A stretch of 64,000 nucleotides of DNA from Planctomycetota bacterium. Its GTDB lineage: Bacteria; Planctomycetota; GCA-002687715; CAIWVZ01. This document shows, piece after piece, positions 36,140-46,704 of this stretch. The position numbers were made by a program, and so were the translations under genes. How positions within the stretch are numbered: position 1 is the stretch's first letter; each line of letters begins with the position of its first letter. The stretch lies in contig JBGANV010000006.1 in NCBI GenBank assembly GCA_044222185.1, forward strand, positions 224,001 to 288,000. Reading direction: 5' to 3'. The notes below the pieces were generated by a model. That model saw only the letters and a list, made by a program, of their open reading frames with translations, ran no database searches and was not told the DNA's origin.

Positions 36140-38107
36140 ATGGCGAAATCACGACGAAACTCCGACAACGACGTGAAACGACTGATCGACGCCCTGTTGG
36201 CGGATCCGCCGGAGACCGCGTTCGACATCGAACGGCGGCTGAAGGGATTTGGCGTCGAGGCCGTGAGGCGCGACCTCGCCGACCGCCTCGCGAATCCGGA
36301 GCTGTCCGCGCACGACGCCACGACGGTCGAGGTCTTGTTGACCCACCTCGGGGCGGGTCGTCAGCACAAGCGACTCCTCGGGATCGCGAGTGATGAGCGC
36401 GTCGCGGGACATGCGCGGGCCGCCGCGATGCGCGTCGTCACCCACGACGCCGACGTCACGCCCGACGAGTTCGCGAAGCTGGCAGCGTCTCCTGCCATGG
36501 GGGAGATCGTCGAGGACTTCATGTCGAACATGGTGGCGGCGGCTGCGCGCGAGCCGGATGTCGCCGTCGTCGTCGCCGAGTTGCTGGAACAGCTCGAAGG
36601 CGACGTGCGAATGGACACGCTTCAGCGGCTCGAAGAGAAACGGCGTGCCGTCGGAGCGTCGGCCGCGTCCGTCTACAGCGAAGCTCTCGCCGTCACCGCG
36701 GATCCCCAGCTGCGCGCGTTCCTCCTCGACCGGCTCGTGGAGGAGGGCGGCGTGGAAGCGGTCGGCCTCCTGGAGGATCTGCGCAATTCCGCGAGCGACG
36801 CCGCCGTGCGCCACGAGTACCAGCGCGCGTTCCTTCGCATGAAGGCGGTGGATGCGGTCGGCGCTCAGCAGAAGGACTTCGCCAAGGGTCGTACGTTCGT
36901 GAGTTCGTGCGACGGTCAGGGGTCATTCATCCTGCTGGCGATCGTCGATCTACCCGAGGGCAAGCAGTCGCTCGCAGACCTGTGCATTCGTGCGTCGGCG
37001 GACATTCGCGACGGGTTCCTGTTGACGCGGGAGGACCCGTCGGTCATCCGCGGCGTCGTGGACCAGGTCCGATCGAAGACCGAACTCCTCCTTGTCCAGG
37101 GTGGGCTCGGGATGTCGCTCCGACTTCTCGAGGAGGCCCTCGCGCGTGCGACCGAGCGCCAGGAACCCCTTCCCCTGGAACTCCGGCCCGTGGTCGGCTT
37201 CTTTCAGCGGATCGTGGACGACGGCTTCAAGATCGTCGACGCCGTGCCGGATCCCGAACGCGTTCGTGTCGAAGACCTCGCCCCCGTACTTCGGCGCCCT
37301 TCGTTCTCCGCCTGGTTCTTCGACGCCGGCGATCTGCGCGGCCGCGGCGTGAAGCTCCCCCGCAGGGCGGGCCTGCCGTCCGCGAAGTGGGTCTCGGACG
37401 CCCTGGCGACGCTCGACATCCCGCCGATCCAGGATCGGCTCGTCGCGATGGCGCGTCACGCGAGCCGCATCGCGACCTGGGGCGGGAACGGGCGCGAGGC
37501 TGCGCTGTTCGCTGCCGCGGCCCGGGACGTTGCCGCCGAGTTCACGACCGCAGCCCTGCCGCGGATCATGCTCGAACGCTACTTCGCTCCCAGCGACGCG
37601 CTCCCCGATGACCCGGACTGGGCAGAACCGAGCCTGCGCCGCGCCGCACTGACGACGACCTTGTTCCAGGAGACGCGGCGTCCCCGCATGCGCGAACTCG
37701 CGCAACTGGACTTCATCCAAGCGGCGGCCGTCGCGCTCGACCGTGCCGTCGATGCGCTTCCTGGTGAAACGCGACTGCGGGAACCCGTGATGGGAGAGAT
37801 CGCGACTCAAGCGGGGCGATACGCGGCGGATGCCTTTCGGGCCCGCGACGGACAGGGAACCGGAAGCGGGCTCGCGAAGAAGGTGCGGGCGCTCGTGACC
37901 GACCTCTCGGGGCTGCCGCCGGTCGCGCTCGAGCAGGTGTCATCCGCGCTGACTCTTGCGCTCGAGGGATTCCGGAAGCTGGTGTGCACTCAGTGTCCCG
38001 TGCATTGTCTCGGCATGTCCCGCGAAGACGCGACCGCTTGGTTCTCGTCGGGAGAACATCCCGCGCCCGATGCGTTCTCCGCGTGGGCGATGTTGCTCGA
38101 AGTCTGA
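36140..38107 (+). CDS. Hypothetical protein, helical (HEAT-like) N-terminus and C-terminal CxxCPxxC motif
   Basis: 655 aa open frame with genome-like codon usage; 'SSCDGQGSF...ADLCIRA...RDGF'; 'VCTQCPVHCL...GEHP'. Confidence 0.7.
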   Translation: MAKSRRNSDNDVKRLIDALLADPPETAFDIERRLKGFGVEAVRRDLADRLANPELSAHDATTVEVLLTHLGAGRQHKRLLGIASDERVAGHARAAAMRVVTHDADVTPDEFAKLAASPAMGEIVEDFMSNMVAAAAREPDVAVVVAELLEQLEGDVRMDTLQRLEEKRRAVGASAASVYSEALAVTADPQLRAFLLDRLVEEGGVEAVGLLEDLRNSASDAAVRHEYQRAFLRMKAVDAVGAQQKDFAKGRTFVSSCDGQGSFILLAIVDLPEGKQSLADLCIRASADIRDGFLLTREDPSVIRGVVDQVRSKTELLLVQGGLGMSLRLLEEALARATERQEPLPLELRPVVGFFQRIVDDGFKIVDAVPDPERVRVEDLAPVLRRPSFSAWFFDAGDLRGRGVKLPRRAGLPSAKWVSDALATLDIPPIQDRLVAMARHASRIATWGGNGREAALFAAAARDVAAEFTTAALPRIMLERYFAPSDALPDDPDWAEPSLRRAALTTTLFQETRRPRMRELAQLDFIQAAAVALDRAVDALPGETRLREPVMGEIATQAGRYAADAFRARDGQGTGSGLAKKVRALVTDLSGLPPVALEQVSSALTLALEGFRKLVCTQCPVHCLGMSREDATAWFSSGEHPAPDAFSAWAMLLEV

Positions 38108-38293
38108 CGAGTTTGCGGACCCGCGGCGAGCGAAAACGCGCGACCGCGAAAGTGGCGCGTCATCCCTCACGCGCGATCCCGGCCGCCGTAGTTCCTGCCG
38201 ATGCGGGTCGAGTCCAACCCAGCCTGATTCAGCGCGCATCGACGACGGCTTCCGGGCATTCCCCCGCGCCGCCATCTCTCTGGAGGGATCGTC

Positions 38294-38692
38294 ATGACAC
38301 TGCGTCAAACCCTGGTGCTCGGGACCATCTTCGCCGCGCTCTTCACCACCACGACCGTCGCCCAGATCGCCGATGGCTTCGATCTCCGTCTCCGTGACTC
38401 GACGCGGATCGGCGAGAACCACGTCGGCATTCAGGGCGGCGCGGCGACGGCGATCCAATTCGACGTGCGCGAGGACGCCATCGTCGCCCTCTTCGCGGCG
38501 CGTGCGACCGCCGTGGGCGTTCCAGACCTCGACACGGTGCTCCTCCTCGACGTGCGGGCCATGCGTGCAGGCGACATCTACGCCATGCAACTGCGAGTGC
38601 CGCAGATCCAGGGAGAGTTCGTTCTGAAGGCGTTCATGCTCGTAGGCGACCAGCTCGCGCAGAGCGACCCACTGACCGTCCTGATCCGCTGA
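38294..38692 (+). CDS. Small secreted hypothetical protein (single beta domain)
   Basis: GGAGG RBS; signal peptide TVA|Q; ends 'RVPQIQGEFVLKAFMLVGDQLAQSDPLTVLIR'. Confidence 0.7.
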   Translation: MTLRQTLVLGTIFAALFTTTTVAQIADGFDLRLRDSTRIGENHVGIQGGAATAIQFDVREDAIVALFAARATAVGVPDLDTVLLLDVRAMRAGDIYAMQLRVPQIQGEFVLKAFMLVGDQLAQSDPLTVLIR

Positions 38693-38734
38693 ACGCGTCG
38701 GGTGCGATCTTCACGGGCGGGTAACATCCCGCCC

Positions 38735-40210
38735 GTGCGCGTGAAGTCACTCAAGTTCCTCTGGCTCGTCGTCGCCGTGTCAGTCTTCGCGGTGCTGCTC
38801 GCGGTCGACACTCCCATCGCGCACTTCGGCAAGTTCGAAGCGCGTCCCGCGCGGGCCGCTGCCGTCACTCTCCTGATGGCGATCCTCTGGCTCACCGAAG
38901 CCATTCCCATCTACCTGACGGCGTGCATCCCGCTCGTGCTCTTCCCGGCGCTCGGCGTCTTCGGCGGCTCGTTCGGTGACGAATGCGTCTCGACGGTGCG
39001 GCCGTACGTCGACGCCTACATCTTCCTGTTCATGGGCGGGATGTGCATCGCCGCCGCGATGCAGCAGTGGAACCTCCACCGGCGGCTCGCGCTCACCGTC
39101 ATGCGGGCGATCGGGACGGACCCCAAGCGCCTCCTGCTTGGCGTGCTGAGTTCGAGTGCGTTCATCTCGTTGTGGATCTCGAACACGGCGACCGCCGCCA
39201 TGATGGTCCCGATCGGCGTTGCGATCGTCGCGCAGTGCGAACGGCACGGAGGCGGCAGGCGGCTCGTGGAGTACGGCGCCGTCATCATGATGAGCATCGC
39301 CTACGGCTCGAACATCGGCGGGATCGGCACGAAGATCGGCACGGCACCGAACGCACAGTTCGCGCAGTTCATGTCCGGCATCGGCGTGGACGTCACGTTC
39401 AGCCGATTCATGGCCGTCGGTCTCCCGTTCGTCGCGCTTTTCATCCCGATCTCGTGGGCGGTGCTCTGGTGGTCGGGGAGGAGGGACGCGCCGCGCGGTC
39501 AGGTGGGCGCGGAAGCCGTCGCCGACGAGATCCGCAAGCTCGGTCCGATCCAGCGTGGCGAGTGGATCGTCCTATCCGTGTTCGTGGCGACGGCCGCGAT
39601 GTGGATCGGTGCCAAGCCCATCACCGAATGGCTCCAGCCGCGAGTGGCCGCGTTCAAGCTGACGAGCGCTCACGTCGAGGGCGGCATCGCCATGCTCGCG
39701 GCGTTCGTGTTGATGGCCTGGCCGGTGGGTGGACGACGGGCGCTCGACCTTCGCTCTCTGCGATTCGTGCCTTGGGAAACCCTGCTCCTCTTGGGTGGCG
39801 CGTTCTCCATGGCGAGCGGCGTGCAGTCCAGCGGGTTGTCGGACTGGATCGGCGATCGGCTCCACGTCCTGCGCGAACTGGGCCCGTTCCAACAGGTGCT
39901 GCTGGCGAGTGCGGCGACGGTCGCACTCTCGGCCGTCACTTCCAACACGGCGACGATCGGGGTCATGTTGTCGGTGCTGAAGGACTCGGTGTCGCCGGGG
40001 CACCTGACGACCGTGCTCTTCGCCGCGACGATCGCAAGTTCGTGCGACTTCATGCTGCCGGCGGGAACACCGCCCAACGCGATCGTGTTCGGCACGGGAT
40101 ACGTGACGATCCCCAAGATGGCGAAGACTGGGGCCGTGCTGGACCTGCTCGCGGCGGTCGTCGCCGCGGCGTGGTGCTGGATCAGCGTCTCGACGGTCTT
40201 CGGCGCGTGA
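38735..40210 (+). CDS. DASS/SLC13 sodium:dicarboxylate/sulfate symporter
   Basis: 'WLTEAIP', 'SLWISNTAT', 'IGGIGTKIGTAPN', 'TSNTAT', 'FMLPAGTPPNAIVFG'; GTG start chosen because TAACAT lies 7 nt upstream. Confidence 0.9.
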   Translation: MRVKSLKFLWLVVAVSVFAVLLAVDTPIAHFGKFEARPARAAAVTLLMAILWLTEAIPIYLTACIPLVLFPALGVFGGSFGDECVSTVRPYVDAYIFLFMGGMCIAAAMQQWNLHRRLALTVMRAIGTDPKRLLLGVLSSSAFISLWISNTATAAMMVPIGVAIVAQCERHGGGRRLVEYGAVIMMSIAYGSNIGGIGTKIGTAPNAQFAQFMSGIGVDVTFSRFMAVGLPFVALFIPISWAVLWWSGRRDAPRGQVGAEAVADEIRKLGPIQRGEWIVLSVFVATAAMWIGAKPITEWLQPRVAAFKLTSAHVEGGIAMLAAFVLMAWPVGGRRALDLRSLRFVPWETLLLLGGAFSMASGVQSSGLSDWIGDRLHVLRELGPFQQVLLASAATVALSAVTSNTATIGVMLSVLKDSVSPGHLTTVLFAATIASSCDFMLPAGTPPNAIVFGTGYVTIPKMAKTGAVLDLLAAVVAAAWCWISVSTVFGA

Positions 40211-40258
40211 GGCCGATGCGGCGCGTCCGCACGGCCGCCGCGCGGACGGCCCGCCCGG

Positions 40259-41047
40259 TCACGGCAGGATGCAGGTACTGATGGGGTTCGTCACCTTCGG
40301 GAAGCCGAGGGCGTCGATGATCCCCACCTGGAAGTGGAGGGGGAGCCCAACGATCTGCGGGATGTTGGGGATGAAGCACGACAGGTTGGTCGCCACGCCC
40401 AGGACGTCCAGGTTGCCCTGGAAGTTCGCGAACAGGAACGGATCCGGCGTCGGGAAGGAGAGCGTGAAGAGGATGTCCGGGTCGAGAGCGACGAACACGG
40501 GCGGGAACGAGATCCCGACCTCGGTCGTGATGGAGCCCGCTGCGAAGTACGGCATGTAGGCATCAGCGGCCGAGCTGACGTCCATCGTCATGGTCTGGCC
40601 CACGTGTGGCTGCGCGGTGACCGTCAGGAGCGGCGACGTGCTCGCGGCGGCGCGCACGGTGAACGGCGCCCATGACGTGCTGTACGACGCGGCCCCGACC
40701 GCCTTGTACTGGACCTTCAGGTAGTAGAGGCCCGATGACGCGTTCGTCGGGACGGCCTGAGTGTCGGTCGCGGACGCTCCGGCGGCCACCGTGATGGCGT
40801 TGAAGCCGCAGAAGCCCAGAGGCCACGGCGCGACCGGCCCGGCGGGGGTTCCCGAGTGGACCGTCGTGAAGAGACAGCTCGATGGGAATTGGAACCCGGC
40901 GCCGGAGATGTCCGTCACGGTGAGGGTGACGGTCTGGCCGGGCGCCACCGGGTCCGGCGAGATCGTCGAGCAGATGGTCTGAGCGCCGGCGACGGCGCAG
41001 ATGGCGGCGAACACGAGAGCGTGGGTGAACGAGCGATGCAGTTTCAT
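40259..41047 (-). CDS. Secreted two-domain hypothetical protein with C-terminal shared domain
   Basis: Signal peptide AGA|Q; Ig-like N-domain 'PDPVAPGQTVTLTV'; tail 'FQGNLDVLG...IPNIPQIVGLPLHFQVGIIDALGFPKVTNPISTCILP'. Confidence 0.75.
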   Translation of the reverse strand: MKLHRSFTHALVFAAICAVAGAQTICSTISPDPVAPGQTVTLTVTDISGAGFQFPSSCLFTTVHSGTPAGPVAPWPLGFCGFNAITVAAGASATDTQAVPTNASSGLYYLKVQYKAVGAASYSTSWAPFTVRAAASTSPLLTVTAQPHVGQTMTMDVSSAADAYMPYFAAGSITTEVGISFPPVFVALDPDILFTLSFPTPDPFLFANFQGNLDVLGVATNLSCFIPNIPQIVGLPLHFQVGIIDALGFPKVTNPISTCILP

Positions 41048-41191
41048 GGGATCCTCCGGGATGGCGCGAGCCCGGAGTCTACACGGAACACCCGGCGGCC
41101 GAGCGAGGGTCTCGGATCACGCGACCGGAGGGTTCGCCCAGGTGGTTTTGCGGGTTCCCGATACACTGCGCCGCCCTCGCGAGGCCTCTCC

Positions 41192-42361
41192 ATGAAGAAA
41201 CCAACACGATCCGCCGCAACCTCTCCGTTGGGAATCGGACTCATCGGGCAGAAGTTCATGGGCCGAGCGCACAGCAACGCCTGGGGGCAGGTGAACCGCT
41301 TCTTCGCGCTCCCTCGGCGCGCGGAGCTCGCGGTCGTCGCCGGACGTGATGGCGCGGAACTCGCCGGTTTCGCCGAGCGGTTCGGGTGGAAGCGCCACAC
41401 GACGGATTGGCGCACGCTCGCAGCGGACGCCTCCGTCGACCTCGTGGACGTGTCCACTCCCAACGACCTCCACGCGGAGCCCGCGATCGCCATGCTCGAG
41501 GCGGGGAAACACGTCGCATGCGAGAAACCTCTCGCGGGAACCCTCGACCACGCGAGGGCCATGCGCGACGCCGCGCGGAAGGCCCGCCGCTGTCGCACGT
41601 TCGTCTGGTTCAATTATCGGAGGGCGCCCGCCGTCGGGCTGGCGTGGAGGCTCGTCCGCGAGGGACGACTCGGAAAGATCCTCCACGTGAGAGCTCGATA
41701 CCTCCAGTCCTGGGGCGGCCCGAAGACTCCGTCCTCGTGGCGATTTCAGAAGGCGCGTGCAGGCTCGGGCGCCCACGGCGACCTCAACGCGCACATCGTG
41801 GACCTCGCCCGCTTTCTCACGGGCGACGAGATCGCGGAGATCCACGGTGCCGTCGCGCGCACGTTCGTCCACGAACGCGCGAACCCCGACGGTCGCGGCC
41901 GCACGAAGAGCGACGTCGACGACTGCGTGGCGTTCGTCGCGAGCTTCGCAGGCGGCGCCACCGCGACGTTCGAGGCGACGCGCCTCGCGCACGGACACCT
42001 GAACGACAACACCATCGAGCTGAACGGGGAGAAGGGATCGGTGCGGTTTTCGTTCGAGGACATGAACGTGCTGTGGTTCTGTGACGCGGCGGACGAACCC
42101 CGCGAGGGCGGATGGCGGCGCGTCATGTGTACGGCGGCCGGGCAGCACCCCTACGTGGCGAACTGGTGGCCCGACGGCCACGTGATCGGCTACGAGCACG
42201 GGTTCGTGAATATGGCGGCCGACATCGTCCGTGTCCTCTGCGGAAGCGAGCCGGAGTTGCCGCTCCCGGACTTCGCCGACGCCTTCGAAACGGCGCGGGT
42301 TCTCGAAGCCGCGCTTCGATCGGCACGCGAGCGCAAGGCCGTTCGGCTGCGCGACGTCTGA
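41192..42361 (+). CDS. Gfo/Idh/MocA oxidoreductase (glycoside 3-dehydrogenase / levoglucosan dehydrogenase-like clade)
   Basis: 'IGLIGQKFMGRAHSNAW', 'GKHVACEKPLA', 'FNYRRAPA', 'AGSGAHGDLNAHIVD', 'WWPDGHVIGYEH'. Confidence 0.88.
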   Translation: MKKPTRSAATSPLGIGLIGQKFMGRAHSNAWGQVNRFFALPRRAELAVVAGRDGAELAGFAERFGWKRHTTDWRTLAADASVDLVDVSTPNDLHAEPAIAMLEAGKHVACEKPLAGTLDHARAMRDAARKARRCRTFVWFNYRRAPAVGLAWRLVREGRLGKILHVRARYLQSWGGPKTPSSWRFQKARAGSGAHGDLNAHIVDLARFLTGDEIAEIHGAVARTFVHERANPDGRGRTKSDVDDCVAFVASFAGGATATFEATRLAHGHLNDNTIELNGEKGSVRFSFEDMNVLWFCDAADEPREGGWRRVMCTAAGQHPYVANWWPDGHVIGYEHGFVNMAADIVRVLCGSEPELPLPDFADAFETARVLEAALRSARERKAVRLRDV

Positions 42362-42541
42362 CGGGCGCGGGTTCTGCGATGTCGGCCGGCGGCGGCCTCG
42401 CCAGCCGGCCACGCCAAACTTCAGCGGCGACGCCGCTTCGTCCGATGTACCTCCTGACACCGGTTTCCGATGTCACCTGAAGAGGGACCCCGTGCGGCGT
42501 GCCACCGAGCCCGTCGGCGGGCCGGTGTCCGAAGGAAACCC

Positions 42542-45457
42542 ATGTCGCACAGAACGCACACGCTCCGCCTCGGCGTGCTGCTCGCGGTCCTGACGTCCCT
42601 ACCGCTCTCCGCCCAAGCGCCCATGGCGGGCACCTACACGGTCGATTCGGCCCAGCCTGCCGGCACGACGAATTTCCCGACGCTGGCCTCCTGCGTCGCG
42701 GCGCTCACGTCGCGCGGCGTCAGCGCTCCCGTGACGGTCGACCTCATCCAGAACACGCCGGCCGACTTCACGACGTCGACACAATGGCGATTGCTCCAGA
42801 GCGCTGGCATCAACGCCTTCGGAGGCGCAGCGATCCTCGTGCTCGACCAGTTCCCAGGGGTTTCGGCCACGAATCGCGTGACGTTCCGCACGGGATCCCT
42901 CAGCCCGATCAGGCCCGTCGTGTTCGATTGCAGCGTGCACTCGGTCGGTGTCGGCGTGTTCTTCCAGGGCGCCGATTACGTGACGATCGAGGACATCGAG
43001 ATCAAGGGCGCGGCATACGACGGGATCATGCTCTATGGCGAAACGGGCATGTTCACGACGAACCTGGCGAACGCCGCCATGGACCACTGCTGGATTCGCC
43101 GCTGCCGCATCCACGATTGCGCCGGGACGGCGATCACCCTCTATGGCAATCCCTATCAGCCCGGGTTCACGCGCATAGAGAACAACTTCTTCTGGAACAA
43201 CATGAAGAACTGCGCGGGGCCGCTGACGAACTTCGGACGGTTCGGGCACATCTCCGGCAGGCGCAATCACGACGTGCAGATCGTCCACAATTCGTTCTAT
43301 CAGGACGTCACGATGCAGACGCTTCCGGGCGGTCTGACGCCGTGCATGATCGGTTCCAACAACTCGAGCGGTACCGCCTATGCCCTCTGCTCGGGTAACG
43401 CGTTCCAGATCGCAGGGTCCGGGACGACGGTCCCCGGGGGCTTCTATCGCTGGTACACGCAGGGTGCGATCACGAACGTCCCCTCGAGCGGCACCGGATA
43501 CGCCACGGGAACGCTTCTCGGCCACGGCCGCAACTTCTACTTCAACACGTCCGGCGGAACGACTTTCGCGATCGTCGGGTCGACGACGGTGGCGGATCTG
43601 CTCGGCTATCAAACGCTGACGACGCTCGACGCGAACTCGCAGGCGGTCGATCCCCAGTTCGCGGTGCCGTCGACGGGCAACCTGGACCTCGCGACCCAGG
43701 CGTCCCCCGCGGTCGATCAGGGAGTCACCGGACTCGGGATCACGGTCGACATCCATGGATCGCCGCGAATCGGCACCGCGCCCGACGTGGGCGCGATGGA
43801 AGCGCGGCCGCCGGTCCTCACCGCCAGTTTCGGAGCGAACGTCACGTCCGGGCAGTGCCCGCTGACGGTGAACTTCGCCGATCAATCGACGACCGGCGGA
43901 GGCCCCGCGGTCACCTCGTGGCAGTGGGCCTTCGACGGCGATGGGACCACACAGGCTACGACGTCGAATCCCACGTGGACGTTCACGCATACGGGGACCT
44001 ATTCAGTCAGTCTCGTGGTGTCGGACGGGACACAGACGGCCTCGCGGATCCGTACCAATTACATCGTCGTGTCGGACTCCACCGGACCGGTGTTCTCGGG
44101 ATGCCCCACGGGGCCGGTGCTTGCGCCAGCGAACCAGCCGAACTGCGCGGCCACCGTCACGTGGCCGCCGATCACGGCGAGCGATGGATGCGGGACCGTC
44201 ACGCTGACGTCGACGCATCAACCCGGCTCGCTGTTCCCACTCGGCACCACGCCCGTCACCTACACGGCTGTCGACAACCTCGCGCACGTCTCGACGTGCA
44301 CGTTCGACGTGACCGTGACGTCCGTGCAGCCGGCGATCGCAGTGCAGCCGCTCAATCGGCTTTTGTGCGTCGGTTCCACCGGCACGATCTCCGTGACGGC
44401 GGCCGCCGCAGGCCCTCCGCCCACCTACCAGTGGAAACGCGGGGGAGTGGCAATCCCGGGTGCGACGCAGTCCGTACTCACGATTTCCAACGCGACGACC
44501 GCCGACAGTGGTTCCTATACCGTGGTGCTCGACAACGGTTGCGGGACCATCACGAGCAACGCGGCGACCGTCTCCGTCCTCACCGGCCCGGTGATCACGC
44601 AAGGCCCGGTCAATGACATGCCGTGTGCAGGGACGCAGGTCATCCTCTCCGTCCAGGCGACCAGTCCTTCGCCGTTGTCGTATCAGTGGCGTCGCAACGG
44701 GGTCGTGATCGCGGGGTTGGACTCGCCGATACTCACGATCCCGAACGCGTTGGTCACGGACTCCGGGATCTTCGACGTCACGGTCAGCGACGTCTGCTCC
44801 TCGACCACGAGTCAGCCCGCGCTCATCCAGATCACTGCACCTCCGGCGATCGCAGCGCAGCCGCTTCCTGTGACGAGCTACCCGGGAGTGCCCGCGAGCA
44901 TCAGCGTCTCGGCCGCGAGTACCGTTCCAGTGACCTACCAGTGGCGGCAGAATGGGACGCCCATTCCGGGTGCAACCCAACCGGCGTACGTGATCGGGCG
45001 GTTGGTTCCGGCGGACGCCGGCATGTACGACGTGGTCGTCACGAACTCGTGTGGTTCGGTCACGAGCCAGGCCGTCCCGCTTTCGGTGACTCCGTTCACG
45101 CTCACGATCGATCAGCAACCCGGCCCTCACTCGGTCCACATCCATCACACGGGCGGGATCCCGTACATCGAGTACCTGTGCGCCGTCTCCTTCCACGCGG
45201 CGAATCAGACCCAGCCCGGGCAGGGACCCTGGTTCGGTCTCTTCATCGACCCAGGCGAACTCGTGACGGAGATCTTCGCCGCCGGACCTCCGTTCGTGGG
45301 ATTCCTCGACGCGAACGGAGACGCCGACTTCGCGACGCCTCCATTCACGATCACCCCCAATCTGTGGGGCACCCCGGTCTGGTGCGTCACGATCATGGGC
45401 GATTCGTTCTCGGCAGTCGTGTACGGCGCATCGAACATCGCCACGATGGCGCTGTGA
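42542..45457 (+). CDS. Large secreted protein: right-handed beta-helix + PKD + HYR + three Ig-like domains + C-terminal shared domain
   Basis: Signal peptide LSA|Q; 'GTYTV...NFPTL', 'DIHGSPR...PDVGAME'; PKD 'VNFADQS...SWQWAFDGDG...NPTWTF..TGTYSVSL'; HYR 'PGSLFPLGTTPVTYTAVD'; three 'YQW.R/Q.G..I.G...D.G.Y/F.V.V' repeats. Confidence 0.85.
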   Translation: MSHRTHTLRLGVLLAVLTSLPLSAQAPMAGTYTVDSAQPAGTTNFPTLASCVAALTSRGVSAPVTVDLIQNTPADFTTSTQWRLLQSAGINAFGGAAILVLDQFPGVSATNRVTFRTGSLSPIRPVVFDCSVHSVGVGVFFQGADYVTIEDIEIKGAAYDGIMLYGETGMFTTNLANAAMDHCWIRRCRIHDCAGTAITLYGNPYQPGFTRIENNFFWNNMKNCAGPLTNFGRFGHISGRRNHDVQIVHNSFYQDVTMQTLPGGLTPCMIGSNNSSGTAYALCSGNAFQIAGSGTTVPGGFYRWYTQGAITNVPSSGTGYATGTLLGHGRNFYFNTSGGTTFAIVGSTTVADLLGYQTLTTLDANSQAVDPQFAVPSTGNLDLATQASPAVDQGVTGLGITVDIHGSPRIGTAPDVGAMEARPPVLTASFGANVTSGQCPLTVNFADQSTTGGGPAVTSWQWAFDGDGTTQATTSNPTWTFTHTGTYSVSLVVSDGTQTASRIRTNYIVVSDSTGPVFSGCPTGPVLAPANQPNCAATVTWPPITASDGCGTVTLTSTHQPGSLFPLGTTPVTYTAVDNLAHVSTCTFDVTVTSVQPAIAVQPLNRLLCVGSTGTISVTAAAAGPPPTYQWKRGGVAIPGATQSVLTISNATTADSGSYTVVLDNGCGTITSNAATVSVLTGPVITQGPVNDMPCAGTQVILSVQATSPSPLSYQWRRNGVVIAGLDSPILTIPNALVTDSGIFDVTVSDVCSSTTSQPALIQITAPPAIAAQPLPVTSYPGVPASISVSAASTVPVTYQWRQNGTPIPGATQPAYVIGRLVPADAGMYDVVVTNSCGSVTSQAVPLSVTPFTLTIDQQPGPHSVHIHHTGGIPYIEYLCAVSFHAANQTQPGQGPWFGLFIDPGELVTEIFAAGPPFVGFLDANGDADFATPPFTITPNLWGTPVWCVTIMGDSFSAVVYGASNIATMAL

Positions 45458-45568
45458 CCGGCGTGCAGGACGCGGGTATGCCGCGTCTCGCGGAGATCAC
45501 CGGCTTCGGGTACGCTTTGCGGCCCCGTGAGCGGCGGTCGCCGGCTCCGCGGGATGCGAGGTCACGCG

Positions 45569-46624
45569 ATGCCACGTCCCGTCACGTTGTTCACCGGCCA
45601 GTGGGCGGATCTGCCGATCGAGCAGCTCTGCAAGAAGGCGAAGGCGTTCGGCTTCGACGGACTGGAGCTGGCCTGCTGGGGTGACCATTTCGACGTCCCG
45701 CGGGCGCTCGCCGACCCGGCGTGGATCAAGCGGCAGTGGGACGTCCTGCAGTCGCACGGGCTCGACTGCTTCGCGATCTCCAATCACCTCGTCGGCCAGG
45801 CCGTCTGCGATCGGATCGACGAGCGGCACAAGGCGATCTTGCCGGATCGGATCTGGGGCGACGGCTCGCCCGAGGCCGTGCGCCAGCGTGCGGCCGCCGA
45901 AATGAAGGACACGGCTCGCGCGGCCCGCAAGTTCTTCGACGCGGCTCCGCCCCGAGTGAAGGACGTCCTGCGGCGCACCGGTCGCACCGTCGTCGTCGGG
46001 TTCACCGGCAGCAGCATCTGGCCTCTGCTCTATTCGTTCCCACCGAATCGCCCAGGGCAGATCGACGCCGGGTTCGAGGATTTCGGCCGGCGCTGGGGAG
46101 ACATCCTCGCCACGTTCGATTCCGTCGGCGTCAGCTTCGCGCTCGAGGTCCATCCCACCGAGATCGCGTTCGACATCGCGTCGACACGCCGCGCGCTCGA
46201 TGCCATCGGCAACCACCCGCGGTTCGGCTTCAACTTCGACCCGTCGCACTTCGGTTACCAGGGCGTCGATTACCTGGGCTTCCTCCGTGAATTCGGGACG
46301 CGCGTCTTCAACGTTCACGTGAAGGACGTGTGGTGGTCGGATCGACCCATGGAGATCGGGGTGTTCGGCGGGCACCAGGAGTTCGGAGTCGACGGCCGGT
46401 TCTGGGACTTCCGCTCTCCGGGCCGCGGACGCATCGATTTCGAGGGCATCATTCGCCTGCTCAACCACGCGCGTTACGAAGGGCCACTGTCCGTCGAATG
46501 GGAAGACCCCATGATGGATCGCGAATTCGGCGCGACGGACTCCGTGCAGTTCGTGCGCGCCTTGGATTTCCCCAGATCCGGACGGGCATTCGACGCCGCG
46601 TTCTCGGAAGGGAAGAGCACATAG
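45569..46624 (+). CDS. Sugar phosphate isomerase/epimerase (AP_endonuc_2), '[10 protein letters not shown]' clade
   Basis: '[12 protein letters not shown]', '[13 protein letters not shown]', '[12 protein letters not shown]', 'FNFDPSH', 'VHVKD', 'LSVEWED'. Confidence 0.9.
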   Translation: MPRPVTLFTGQWADLPIEQLCKKAKAFGFDGLELACWGDHFDVPRALADPAWIKRQWDVLQSHGLDCFAISNHLVGQAVCDRIDERHKAILPDRIWGDGSPEAVRQRAAAEMKDTARAARKFFDAAPPRVKDVLRRTGRTVVVGFTGSSIWPLLYSFPPNRPGQIDAGFEDFGRRWGDILATFDSVGVSFALEVHPTEIAFDIASTRRALDAIGNHPRFGFNFDPSHFGYQGVDYLGFLREFGTRVFNVHVKDVWWSDRPMEIGVFGGHQEFGVDGRFWDFRSPGRGRIDFEGIIRLLNHARYEGPLSVEWEDPMMDREFGATDSVQFVRALDFPRSGRAFDAAFSEGKST

Positions 46625-46704
46625 GTCCGCGGGTTCGCTGGAACGACTCGCCGGCCGCGACGCGGGACCAAGGACGCGCCACGCAACGAAAGATGGAATC
46701 GCGC

